In this document: positions 1 through 13,888 of the stretch, piece after piece
Layout of the letters: the number at the start of each line of letters is the position of its first letter
How positions within the stretch are numbered: position 1 is the stretch's first letter
The notes under the pieces: model-generated
The model's input: the letters and a program-made list of their open reading frames with translations, nothing else
The model's database searches: none
Told to the model about the DNA's origin: nothing
Assembly: GCF_009914755.1 (NCBI RefSeq)
Contig: NC_060926.1
Reading direction: 5' to 3' (one strand)
From: the human T2T-CHM13v2.0 reference genome, Homo sapiens
DNA: 64,000 nt
Position numbers and translations under genes: made by a program

Positions 1-3000
1 ATTTTAAATGTCTGAGAATTGTTTTTTTTTTTGCGCTGCACACATAAAATTAGAGAATACAGTCGAGATATGTTTTCTTTGCATAACTGGCTACCCCTCT
101 GTCTCCCTTTCCCCTTCCCCCAAACTTACCTACAGATCCACCCCTTTGAATCAATGGCTGCTAACACAAGCATCCCTGCGCAAAAAGGTTTTATGACAGC
201 AACCCTGGCTACCCTTTGTGGGGCACAGTGAGCGAGAACTAGTCAGCACCACCTTTTACCCCACCTAGTTGCTTTGCAGTACTGGGACCGCCCCGGCTTC
301 CTACTCTGCCATTTCGTTCATCTTTCGTTCATCTTCCTGGGACTTCTGTCCGTTCCTACCAAAATGCAAATCCAAACCTGTGGGTAGAGGCTGTTGGTGA
401 CCTGAAACTGCAGCAGATGTTTAATATATCCTTTCTCTGGAAGGAAAAACCGCTTAACTTTGAACCTAAAATTGATTTTAAAAAGATAAGACCATATGTA
501 ATCACCATTTAAAATCACTATATAAATGACCTTCTCTTTCCCCCACATGTCTTTGAGAAACATAGTACCCCTAATTCTTTGATTTAAGGTGGGCTTTCAA
601 AACTTAGAAAAAGAACTATAGTAAAAATAATTTAGGTAATCAAGATTCTACGTAACTTTGTTAATTTTCTTTTTTGTGAACGTGCGGGAAAATAGGCCTT
701 TAGTATCCTTCTGCTTACTTTTCAACTCATTTTAGTATTCAAAGTTTAGAGAACATAGGGAAGAAATTAAGCAATTCAACATGGTTGATCTGGGGGAAGC
801 CAGCCAGTTCATACTCTGAATCCTTGATTAAGCTGCTCTTTCAAGCAACATTCATGATATTACTGAGGTTTAAACATAGTTTGATGGACAGAGGATTCAT
901 CTTAACCCTGACCTAAGGAAGCCTTTTATTAGGCTGTTGATTCAGAATAGAAGGTAGATCAGCTGGGGTCCAGATTGAAGAGAGGACAGCCAGTTAAGGG
1001 TTTCAGTAGACAGGTGAGAAATGTTGAGTGCTGCCTATGGTGATGTCTGCATAGCTGGACAGAGGGTCAGGATCAGTAAAAGAGTGAGTCACAGATTGAT
1101 TGGACTAGCCAAAAGGGTGGCCCTGAGAAGGACTCTGAGGGTTCAGCTGGGGAAATGGTGTAAGTAAATAATCTGGCTGGGTCTTCTCTCCAGCATAGTG
1201 TTTCTGCCACTCAGTTTTATGTTTGACGACAGAAATTGTATGATTCCTATAAAGGAAAGATATTGAAGAAGAGTGTCTAGATACTATATATCTTTAAGAA
1301 TTTCTAACTTTTTCCATCGGATTTCAGTGTTATTATGGGCACTGTAATTGCCTATAGTTATTTCAGTATAACTATAGGCACTGTTGAGGATATATAAGAA
1401 GTTGTTCCTTGTCTTTTATGAAGTTGACATTTGACAAGGGAGTGTGTAGTTAAACATAATGCATTCAGCTTAGTCTTGGCAGAGATGCTTCTGGGTTCTT
1501 TGCATTGAATTTTCTAAATCTTTTTTATTGCATTATTTTTTATACCTCATAAAACATATTTTCTATTCAAATTTGAATGTCTTAACACTTACTTTGGTAA
1601 TTTGGTTCTCAGTGGGCTTAGCAATGGGGGCCATCGTATTTTAAGGTTCTACCAAAATTATCTTCAACTCTAGTAGTTCCCAGGATATCACAAGATAATG
1701 GAATTCTATAAAAAGCATTTTTAAATTGTGCATCCCCCAAGGAAACAAGACAGAAGAAGCTACATTTTTGGTTCCCTTATGAGAATGTGAACATAGTCTC
1801 TGGTTACCATGAGGGATAGAGAATTCAGGGGATCCTTCTAGCCCTTGAAGTGTGTACTGGGCTCGAAAGCCACTGTACCTTGGAGAGGAGACATCCTGTA
1901 TCCATTTAAGTAAATATCCTTGTTAGCACATTGGCATTTTCCCCTTAGGATCTTTAGAGTATTGTTACAGGTTTCAGCAAAAATCCAGATGGCCTTCCTG
2001 ATACCCTTTCTTTAGTGACTGGAAAGAAAAAGAAAATTAATTTCAGTGTCAGACTCAGCACTGTTTCAAGCAGTATTTGTTAGTGCTTCTTAAATTAATG
2101 ATTTTCTCTGGATTGTAAACTCTTTTCTCTGACTTTAATATTATCTCCTCCCCAAATTTGTGGGTTTTGTCAATTATAAAGCAACATGTGCTCTTTGTAA
2201 ATGAAAAACAACAGAAAATTCATGCAGTCCTGAAGCATAGAACGTGAAGGGTGAAGTTCCCCTTTTCTGGCTCAGATCCTTTTCTGCACAGTCACCTCCT
2301 GCATAGTCATGCTCACCAGATGTCAGAGTCTGCAAAGAATCGTGGTCATTTTCTCCACCCCAGTCCCTGCTGTTGCCTGGTGGTTTCAGTGTCCACCTGT
2401 GGGACTCACAGCCTCTGGCCTTAGTACTGTCCTCTTTGTTCCTAGGATCTGCTTCTCTCCTCTCCTCTTCTCTTCTCTGTCTCAGCCACCCACTCCCATG
2501 GTCCAGACTCATGAATTCGGGCATCCCAGTCCATAAGCATAATCTTCTCACCTTCCAGATTTCCTGACTACCACCTCAACCGTTGCCTTATTTTTTCTAC
2601 CCTATCAACCTTCTTTTTATCATGTCTTCTTTTGTCCAGCTTCTATTCCATGATCCATTGTTTCAGTAACACTCTTGCCGCTACCCTAAACTCCATCCCA
2701 GTCTTTTTTTAAAAAACACACTCAAACGGCATATTCCCAACCCTGAATGAACCAACACATGAGCAGCTAAGAAATATAAGAAAGAAGATTCACACCAGAG
2801 AACACAGTGGGGACATCATCAATTCACTCACTTGCTTTCTGCTGAATTTATTCTCCCATTGCTTGCTCCTCCCTGTTCACCCACTCATTTATTTGCTCTT
2901 TTCACTTGCTCACTCATTTATTCTTCCACTATTCTGTAAACTGATGTTTCTTGGTCATCTGCTATGTGCCTGTAGGGCCCCCATGCGGCCCACAGCCCCA

Positions 3001-3539
3001 CTGTGTTTGCTTGGTTGGCCTGCTCTACTCTTCTTTGTGTTATCAATATTTCAAACTCCTTCACTCTCCTCTGATGTTCGGCTCCCTACATACTCCTTCT
3101 CCATCTTTTCAAAACAACCGGATCTCTTGTGTCACCAGGAAATCCAGAGCCATCAGACTTTTTCTCAGAACCTTAAGTTGATTTAAAATTTTCATCTTCA
3201 TTAACTTTATCCTGAATCTTTATTTTTTGTCCAGAACACCTGAGATATTCTGAACAGAGGCTTATTTTTGTTAATTATCTCACAGGGAACAGTAAGTGTG
3301 TTGCCCTTTGCCTGTTGATTACCCCCAGGGGTAGAGTCATAGGGATTTTTCCTACATAAGTGGTAGTGGCTTTTCTTTGCTCTTGATGGGAAGGACACAG
3401 CTTTCCCCACCCCTCCAGAAAGGGTTTCCTTGGAAATGGCATGGGCCGGAGTCCTACCTCTACTCCTTTGTTGGGTAGATAAAATCTACCCAGGAGCCAG
3501 ACTTAGAGATGTCTCTCGTCTTATTATTACACATACTGT

Positions 3540-4370
3540 TACACCTGTTTAGTCCACAATATATTAAGGATTTACTATGTGCTATGGTGTCAGGATACAG
3601 CAATAAATGAAACATGAAAACCCATGTCTGATGGAGCTTGCATTCTGGTGAAACAGATAGGCAGTGGACAAGATGAGTTCCACAGTGTAGTAATTGTGAT
3701 AGTATGTGGGAGATAAGAAATGCTAAGGATGGGTGGTGTTAGAGGAAGATCTACAGAGAGTGGCCTCTAAGAAGCCATCTGTGGAAGCAAACCTTAGGCA
3801 ATGAGAGCAGGATGAATGGATGTCTGAGGGCAGGGCCTCCCCGGCAGGGAAAGAAAAAGTGCAAAGACCTCAAGGCAGGAGTACATCATCTGGCATATTC
3901 AGGGACAGCAGGGTTCCAGCATGGATAAGGGGAGCCCAGAAGCGGGGCCGGTAGGAGACAAGATCCCAGCCTGACTGGGTCCCAGCTGTGAAGTACCTGT
4001 TGTCATAGTAAGGACTTGGGCTTTTCTGAGTGAAGTAGGGAGTCAGGGTTTTGAGCAGAGGAGTGATTTGTTCAGGCCTATGCTTTAACAGGATTATTCT
4101 GGCTACTGTGTTAAGAACAGACTTCCAAGAGGCAGGACAGAAGCAAGTGGACCAGTTCTTAAGAGGCTTGGGTTAACCTCCATGGGAAATGATCATGGCT
4201 TGGAGAGAAAGGAGGTGGTGGATGAGGAAGGGCTCAAATCCTGGGTGTATTCTGCAGGTGGAACTGACACATGGAATGTGTATGGTGCAGTAGGAGGGTC
4301 GAGGGGTGAGACTAAGACTTTGGCCTGAGCAGCTGGAAGGTAGAGTTCCATTAACTGAAATAGCATCTAA
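3540..4370. mobile_element. Old L2 LINE fragment(s)
   Basis: Degenerate L2-like motifs (ggagcttgcattctggtg, ggattattctggctactgtg, ctgagcagctggaagg); boundaries approximate. Confidence 0.55.
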
Positions 4371-5056
4371 ATCTGCATTGCCTTGCACAGGGTCCTTGGG
4401 TCTGTGCCTAGGAACAGAACCACAGTGTCACAGGTCATGCACCTCTTTCCCTTTCCAGTGAGGTGGTGTCAGCATGTTCTCCTAATGCATTGCATGTTCA
4501 TCCTTTTCCTCCACTTGTATTTCCTGGAAGTTGTTCCATGTCAGTGTGCATTGAGTTCCTCATTCATTTTAATGATGGCATTTCATTGTTTAGGTATACC
4601 ATAACTTATTTGTCCAAGCTTCCACTGACATCATTTTGGCTATTTCCCACTTTTCATTATTTCTGGTAGTATAGCATGGGTCATCTGTGAATATCTCTTT
4701 GCATACTTGTGTGAATATTTATGAAATCTAAGTTCCTAATAGAATTGTATATTTAAAATTGTAGTATTGCCACATTACCTTCTGTAATTTTGCACCAGTT
4801 TATACTCTGAATAGTAGTGTACACAGATTCCCATTACTTCACACTTCACCCAAGATGTGTGTGTGTCAGTTCAGGTTACACACTGCACAAGGGGAGGGTT
4901 TCATCATGAGGGAATAATGGCTGAAATGCATCTGTGTGCCTTGTGTAGGCTGCATGTGTGTCTTCATCTAAAGGTGCTGTCTGCTCCCATGCCATCTGCG
5001 TTGTGGGGACAGTGCACAAGGTGTTTACAGCAGCCTTGTCTTTGTAATTACTTTAA

Positions 5057-5443
<387 letters not shown>

Positions 5444-5840
5444 TGTTTCTTTATTAAGTAAGAGAGCTCTTTTAAAAGAAATTATAATTATATTTCCCCT
5501 GTTTACACTTATAAAAAACTAAGAAGATAAGAATAGTTAATTTACAAAACACTAGGATGCACAGTGCAACAACAGGAGAAATCAAAGTTTTTTCAACCAA
5601 CATAGTTCAATTGGGAAGGGAAAGATTTTTTCAACTGGATAAACATGCAAGGAAAAATGAAACTCTACTACTCACTCTTACTGTGGACATAGCATTAATT
5701 TTAGATGGATTGTAGAATGAACTGTAAAAGGCTAAAACTGTAAAGTTTTAAGAAGAAAATAATATTTTCACAATGTAAAGTAGGCAGATTGCTTACCACA
5801 CAAAAACCACAAGCTGTGAAAGAAAAAAAGATAAACTTTA

Positions 5841-6195
<355 letters not shown>

Positions 6196-6199
6196 ACAA

Positions 6200-7700
6200 G
6201 ATTTACTATAAAATGTAAAATCACCACAATCAAGAGAGTGGTATGTGGTACTGGTGAAAAGATAGATACACAGGTCAGTGGAACAGAACAGAGGACCCCA
6301 GATAAGTCCATACAGATATGGTTGGTTTATTTTTGACAGTGGTGTAAAGGCACCTCTTAATATATTCCATGGAGAAAGTGTAATCTTGTCAACAAATGGA
6401 CTAGAAAACTAGATGTGTATATGCAAAAATAAATAAATAAATAAATAACCTGTACAGCTCACATTTTATACAAAAATGAACTCAAAATGGATCATATACC
6501 TAAATGTAGAATGTAAAACTGTAGAACTTATGGAAGAAACCCAAAGGAAAGTCTGCATGATCTTGGGCAGAGTTTTTAGATATGATACCAAAAGCACAAT
6601 CCATAAAAGAAAAAAATCTATAATTTGCATTTTATCAAAATTTTAAAATTCTACTCTCAGAGAACACATTTGTAAGTCACATATCTGACAAAGGGTTAGT
6701 ATCCAGAATAATAAAGAACACTTAAAACTCAACAATAAGAAAACAGCCCAGTAAAAAATTGGGGAATAGTTTTGGTGAACCTGTACTTCACCAAACAACT
6801 TGCATGGATTGCAGAGAAGCCCATGCAAATAAGCAGAGAAAAATAAGCATGTGATGCCCAACATAATTTATTGTTAGGGAAACAAATGCAAGCAATCCGG
6901 AAGGTAAACACTGCAGCTAGCCTAAGGCCACAGTACCATTTGGGGCAAGCAGCTGACCAGCTAGAGATATAACAGTATGTTCTGGGGAATGAGACTGCCA
7001 CAGTGGGCCTAGGTGATTTGGAAGGCTGTGCACCTTCTTCATAAGGTACCAGCACAGGCCTACATCAGTAGCTAAGATGAAAGAACAATCACGAAGCATC
7101 CCAGTGCTGGCAAGGACAGTGCCAAGTGCTGGCAGGAATATGCTCTCCAATCCTGCTACTGGGAATGCAGAATGGCACAGCCACTCTGGAAAACAGTGTG
7201 GCAGCTTCTTACTGTGTTACACTGCCTTAGGACCTGGCAGTCTCACTTCTAGGTGTTTACCCAAGGTAAGTGAAAATTCATGCTCACACAAAACCTGCAT
7301 GTGACTGTTAATAGAGTTTTATTCAGTAATTGCCAACACTCAAAATCAGATATCCTTCAACTGGTGAATGAATAAACAAATTGTGGTAACATCTCTACAG
7401 CAGAATACCACTCAAAAGTCAAAAGGAACAAACTATTAATTCCCACAACATGGATGAATCTTAAATTCGTTTTGTTTAGTGAAAGAAACCAAACCTAAAA
7501 GGCCTCCATACTGTATGATTCTATTTAAAGGATGCTCTAGAAAAAGCACAACCATAAGGAAGGAGAACAAATCAGTGGTTGCCAGGGGTTAAGAGTTGGG
7601 GAAAAGGAGTTGATGACAAAGAGAGCGAGAGGCAGTTTGGGGAGTGATGGGACTGTGTTAGATTTGACTGTGCACCTGTCAAAACCCATGGAACTGTGCA
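6200..7700 (+). mobile_element. Old L1M (ORF2 end/3' region), fragmented
   Basis: A-rich L1 motifs (caaaatggatcatatacctaaatgtag, acaacatggatgaatct, tcagtggttgccagggg). Confidence 0.75.
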
Positions 7701-7818
7701 CCACAAAATTTCACTAAAATCAACAAAGATGTTTGTGTGTGTGTTACTGGGGGGAGTGCCCAAGTGATACAAACTGTGACAGATGAATCAAATGGTATTA
7801 CAAACTTATCCCATAATC

Positions 7819-8174
7819 CAGGGGTCCCCAACCCCTAGGCCACGGATCGGTACCTGTCCGTAGCCTGTTAGGACCTGGGCCACAGAGCAGGAGGTGAGCA
7901 GAGGGCAGGCAAGCATTACTGCCTGAGCTCTGCCTCCTGTCAGGTCAGCAGCAGCATTAGATTCTCATAGGAGCATGAACCCTGTTGTGAACTGTGCATG
8001 TGAATGATCTAGGTTGCTCACTCACTCCTTTTGAGACTCTAACTATGATGTTAGAGTGATGATCTGAGGTGGCACAGTTTCATCCTGAAACCATCCCCCC
8101 TCCTCGCCCCAGTCTGTGGAAAAACTGTCTTCTAAGAAATTGGTCCTTGGTGCCAAAACGGTTAGGGAATGCTG
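7819..8174 (+). mobile_element. MER1B-type hAT-Charlie DNA transposon
   Basis: CAGGGGTCCCCAACCCC start, ...GGTTAGGGAATGCTG end, 8-bp TSD ccataatc (7811-7818)/ccataacc (8175-8182). Confidence 0.9.
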
Positions 8175-8182
8175 CCATAACC

Positions 8183-9490
8183 ATAGTGAAATGGATGTGG
8201 AATTAGCTGACCTATCAGTAACTTTGGAAAACAGTGTTTTGACAGGATGCTGTAAGGCTAAAGATAAAACCTCTGGTTAGTGCACTTGTTTCTCATAGGG
8301 GCATGGGTTAGCAATCTCAAAACTGTACGTATTCTAGGAAGAAGTTACAAATAAGGAAGGATGGTGCTAGAGTTATCCTGTGGTTCTGGATCAGGGTTGG
8401 AGGTGTCAGCATGAACTAGGGCTGTTGGTTTTTTCAGAGAGAGAGAAATGTGGGTCTATGCATGTGTGAGTTAGTGTAACACATCTGTTTTCTAAGTCTG
8501 TCGACAGAGGGCCTTAGAGCAGTGACACCTGCATCAGTGACCAGAGCCAGCCTGAGATGGTGGATCCTAAGGGCTCCTCAGGGAAGGGGTTGGTTCCAGG
8601 GCTGGGGTAGGGCAAATGAAAGGTGAGTGATGGCAGCCTGTCAGATATCAGAAGGGTAGATGTCCGTCAAAAAGTGCTGCATTGGCCAAAGCTGGAGCAG
8701 TTCGAGCCACAGGATAGACAACAGTAGTAATGGATTACAACCTAAAAAAGAAAAGAAGTAGCCATCCATTTAGGCTGATATCAATACATAAATGAATGCA
8801 TAAGTGAGGGATAAGGAACAGTTCTTCCTTGTAAAATTCCAGTTAATAAATGTAGAAGGAATAAGGGAAATAGAAAATCACCATGATAATTGTTATAAGC
8901 ACAGTCCCTTGACAGATGCAGCAAGGTGAAATCTAACAGGTGAAAGAATTAGGAGAAATAGAATTATCTGCCAAGTCTCCCCCCAAATAGCTATTCATTA
9001 CAAAGGGAACAATACTTTACAGTGGAGAAACCTGGCAGACACAGCCCCAACCAAGAACTCAAAGGTGGCATCATATTGGCAGCAGGTACCTGTGATGTGG
9101 TGCTGTGTGAGTGGCACATCATCTGTGGTGGTTTTCCCTAAGCTGAATCAGGAGAAAACAGCAGACAAACCCAATTTGAAGGACATTCTACAAAATAATT
9201 GACCAGTACTCTTCAAGGTGATGAGAGGAGACTACAAACTCTTCTGGCATGGGGGGCCATGGAAGTGTGTCAGCTAAGTACAGTGTGGATCCTGGACTGG
9301 GCCCAGCAGCAGACAGGCTCTGGTGGGTGGCCTGGCAAAACAGCAAAGCCTGTGGTTGAGCTGGGAGTACCATGCCAGAGTTCCTCTTCTGGTGTTGATC
9401 CTTGTTCTATGGCTGCATGAAGGTGGGTGGAAACTTGGGGACACCGTGTGTCCTGCCTCTGAAACTCTTGTGCAAGTCTAAAATCATCTT
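8183..9490 (+). mobile_element. Old L1MC-like 3' region
   Basis: acagtggagaaacctggcagacac and cagacaaacccaatttgaaggacattctacaaaataattgacc motifs. Confidence 0.65.
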
Positions 9491-10134
9491 TAAAAGTCTT
9501 CTTAAGTCATCATTAAGAAAATTAATAGGCAAGCCAGAGACATCACGTAGTCTGACTGTGCTGTCAGTCATGTCTGGGGCCTGCGTCAGCACAGGACTCA
9601 TGATGGTGGCTTACCTCTTAGCTCCCAAGGAGAGGCAGAGTGGTGAGCCTCCCTGGTGATTGACTTAATAGCTATATGGAGCTTTCTATGGTGTCTTGAT
9701 TGGGTATGTGTTACAGGAGGTACACAGGTCAGGACTCCCTGAACTGTACTTAAAAGTCTATTCTGCTGTATATGAATTATGCCTCAGGAGAGAGAAGAGA
9801 ACTTATGCTCCATTTGGAATTTATCTTGGAGCATGACGTGAGGAACAAATCTGTTTGTGTCTTTGTGCAGTAGCTGTCCAGTTACTGCAGCAGCACTACT
9901 AACTGAAAAGCCCCTTTCCTGCTGTGTTGAGATATCTCTTTTTCCCATACTAAATTTCCATGGGCAATTGGGGCTACAGGGTTTTCTCTCTGTCTTCATG
10001 GACTTCCCTCATCACACTGATGTAAATAGAGAGGCTTAATACTGTGTTTTCATGTCAGCTGGGGCTAGAGTCTTCACCATTGTGGTTCTTACTCAGAGTT
10101 GTCTGGTTATTTGTGCTTACTGGTTCTTCTTCTC

Positions 10135-11720
10135 CTTTTATTTTAGATACAGAAGGTCCATGTACAGATTTGTTACATGAAAATATTGCATGAGGCTGGG
10201 GTTTGGAGTACAGATCCTGTCACTTAGTTAGTATAGTACCCAATAGGTAGTTGTTTTTAACCCACCCCCACTCCCTCTACCTTCTAGTAGTCCCCAGTGT
10301 CTGTTGTTCCCATATTTGTGTCCATGTGTGCTCAATGTTTAGCTCCCATTTATAAGTGAGAACATGTGGTATTTGGTTTTCTGTTCCTGCATTAATTTGC
10401 TTAGAATTAAGTCAAGCTCCATCCATGTTGCTGCAAAGGGTGTGATTTTATTCCTTTTTTATGGCTGTGTAGTATTTCATGATGTATAGGTGCCACATTT
10501 TCTTTATCCAGTCTACCATTGATGGGCACCTGGGTTGATTCTGTGTCTTTACTATTGTTAATAGCGCAGCAATGAACATGTGAGTGCCTGTGTCTTTTTG
10601 GTAGAATGATTTATTTTCTTTTGGATGTATACCCAGTAATGGGGTTGCTGGATAGAATGGTAGTTCTATTTCAAGTTCTTTGAGAAATCTGTAGACCACT
10701 TCCCACAATGGCTGGACTGATTTACATTCCTGTCAACAGTGTATAAGCATTCTGTTTTCTCCTCAGCCTTGCCAGCATCTGTTGTCTTTGACTTTTTAGT
10801 AATGGCCATTCTGACTAGTGTCAGATGGTGTCTCATTGTGGTTTTGATGCATTTCTCTAATGCTGTGTGGTACTGAGCCTTTTTCATGTTTGTTGGCCAC
10901 TTATATATCTTCTTTGAGAAGTGCCTGTTCATGTCCTTTGCCCATTTTTTTTTTTTTTGAGACGGAGTCTCACTCTGACGCCCAGGCTGGAGTGCAGTGG
11001 CGCAATTTCCGCTCACTCCTTTGCCCATTTGTTAATGGGGTCGTTTGTTTTTTTGCATAAGTTCCCTGTAGATTCTGGATATTAGGCCTTTGTCAGATGC
11101 ATAGTTTGCAAATAGTTTCTCTCATTCCGTAGGTTGTCTGTATTCTCTGTCAATAGTTTCTCTTGCTGTGCAGAAGCTCTTTCATTTAGTTAAATTCTAC
11201 TTGCCAATTTTTGTTTTTGTTGCAATTGTTTTTGGGAACTTAGCCAAAAATTCTTTGCCAAGGCCAACGTCAAGAAGAGTATTTCCTAGGTTATCTTCCA
11301 GGATCTTACAGTTTGAGGTCTTACATTGAAATCTTGAATATATTTTGAGTTAATTTTTGTATATGGTGAAAGGTAGGGGTCTGGCTTCAGTCTTCTGTAT
11401 GTGGCTAGCCAGTTATTCCAACACCATATATTGAATAGGATGGTCTTTTTCCACTGCTGCTTTTGCTGGCCTTGTCAAAGATTGGATGGTTGTAGGTGTG
11501 TGGCTTTATTTCTGAGTTTTCTGTTCTGTTCATTGGTCTATGAGTCTGTTTTTGTACCAGTACAGAAGCTGTTTTGGTTACTGGGGCTGTATAGTATAGT
11601 TTGAAGTTGAGTAGTGTGATGCCTCTGGCTTTGTTCTTTTTGCTTAGGATTGCTTTGGCTATTTGGGCTCTCTTTTCATTCCATATGAATTTTAGGATAG
11701 TTTCTTCTTGTTCTTAAATG
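10135..11720 (-). mobile_element. L1PA/L1PB 3' portion (truncated)
   Basis: Minus-strand ORFs 10448-10708 and 10666-11028 resemble the L1 ORF2p C-terminus (PATPLLGIHPKE, WIKKMWHLY, WAKDMNRHFSK). Confidence 0.9.
10948..11016 (-). mobile_element. Severely 5'-truncated Alu inserted in L1
   Basis: T-run plus 58 nt of Alu 3' end flanked by 14-bp TSD TCCTTTGCCCATTT (10934-10947, 11017-11030). Confidence 0.9.
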
Positions 11721-13690
11721 CATTTTATAATTAACTTGTTTAGCTCTAAGAAAAAAACTTGATTTTGTATTGGAATAGCATTAAATTTAATATTTTTAAA
11801 AAATGTTTCATCTACTTCTAACTTACTGCAAAGAGTTTTATAAAGTTGCCTGTAATGATTTTTTAATGTTTTTCTTCATTTTTATAAAGGAAACATCCTT
11901 GTAACCACACCCAGGTCAAGGAATAGAACTTTATCAATCATCCCAGAAGCGCCCACCACATGTCCCATTTCTATTATAACCTACTTCCTCTCCTCAAAAA
12001 TAACCACTTCCCAAACTCTTAATGGTAATCATTTCCCTAATCTTTATAGTTTTATCACCAAGTGTATATCCCTAGACACTATAGTTTAGTGTTGTTTTAT
12101 TCTTAAAATTTGATATGTTTTTAAAGTCTCTTTTAATCTACACATTTTTCTCTCTATCCCTTTCTTTTCCTTATCTTTTACAATGTTTAAGTTTTCTTCT
12201 GTTAGCACTTGTAACTTTCTTATTTTTTTTTTTCTAATCAGATACCTAGTGGTTTGTTTTGGTTGATTATTTTCTCTTGAGAGCCAGCTTTTGGATTTAC
12301 TTCTTAGTTCTATTCTTTTTCTACTTAATAATATCTGCTTTTATTTGTAATAATTCACCCCTTTCTTTTGGTTCACTTATTCTTTTTCTGGCTTTTTCAG
12401 TTATATGTTTAAATAATTTATTTTTATTATTTAAATTTGTATTGATATAGGTATTTAATGCTATAAAGTTTCCTGTGACAGTTACTTTTTTTCTGAGTCC
12501 TATAAATTCTCTATATATTTTCCCAGCCTTTTATAGCTGTATATCTTATATGCAGTATGGTGTTTGATTTTGCTTTGTGAGCCAATCCAAGACTGTTTTC
12601 CATTTAATAGGTGAGCCAAGTCCATTTTTTACATCACAGATAACAGGGAACCACCTTGTTCTATTTTATTTGCTTTTACCCTTTTGGTATTTAAGAGGGC
12701 TTTCTTCCTCCCTTTTTTTTCCCACTTTTATCCTAATGCCTTTATAGCAAACACTTAGTTTCTTTGGTTGGCTCCCCATAGTACCTGATACTGCAGTTAG
12801 CTGATGGACACCCCAGTCCCAGTTGGCTCCTGCACATCTTCTGCCCGCCCCTACCACTTCTCTGGTGGTTGTTCTTTGTCTGCATTGTCCAAGCTGGTAA
12901 CCATGGCATGCTGCACTTTTATCACCGTCATGTGCCAGCAGCTCCACAGATAAATACAGACCACCCGGCAGCTCACCTTTGCGTCTGCCTCTAGTCATTT
13001 TGGTTTCTGGAGCTTATTCTTTAGTGGGTCATCCCTCAGCTCCTGGTCACTGTACTTCCTGTGTTTGTGTGTACTCATAAAAAATATGTGTGACTTTTAC
13101 CCTTGATAGTCACTATTTAGATGTTAAATCTTTGGCTTATATTTTTTCCCTTAAATATCTTAAATATGTTACTGAACCTATTCTATTCTGGACCTGTAAT
13201 CCCTACTACAAAGCTACTCACAAGTCCAGTTTTCATCATTTCTGGACATGCATTCTTAAGGGGGAGGAATTTATAGAACTGGAAGCCATGTTAATATCCT
13301 AGTCATGAGGTGGCTGAGATTTAGTCTGTCCAGGTAAGATGGTGCAGGTAGGGAGTGTGGTGGTCCAAGTGGCACACGCAGGAAGTCACAGAATGTGGGA
13401 GGCATTGTTTTGTGTACCCTGTGCACAGAGTGTCTGATGCCCTTTGATAGGTTTGCGGCCTCATCTGGTGGACTTTCTGGCACAGCCCTTCCTCGAGGTT
13501 GCTGCATCTGAAGCTCTTTAAGACGGCGTTTCCCTTCTGCCAGATTGCACTCTGTGCACAGTGCGGTTGCTTCTCCCTGCGGAGTGAGATGGGCCCACAT
13601 AGGCAGTGGCTCCACCTGGCCTTGGTGCTCTTGCCGCCCTCTGCTCTGCTGCTCCCTTCGTGTAAGAAGGGTGTGTTAAGAGTCCGTAAG

Positions 13691-13888
13691 TGTGTCGTGT
13701 TAGATGTTTAGGAAGGAAATGTTAATTCTGAAAATAGGTTTCACATCTTTTTTTTAACTTATATAAAATTGACTGGACTTTCTCTTCTGTGTGTTGTGTT
13801 AGATATTTAGGAAGGAAATGTTAATTCTGAAAATAGGTTTCACATCTTTTTTTTAACTTATATAAAATTGACTGGACTTTCTCTTCTG
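13691..13888. repeat. 99-bp tandem duplication (2 copies)
   Basis: 13691-13789 and 13790-13888 match except for two substitutions. Confidence 0.95.

Noticed and set aside
284-332. GC box (CCGCCCC) and CTTCC ETS-like motif as a promoter
   Set aside because: Isolated motifs, no CpG island, no evidence of a transcription start
13419-13561. 14-bp inverted repeat CTGTGCACAGAGTG / CACTCTGTGCACAG as transposon ends or RNA stem
   Set aside because: Short, mostly a self-palindromic 10-mer, no TSD and no extended pairing
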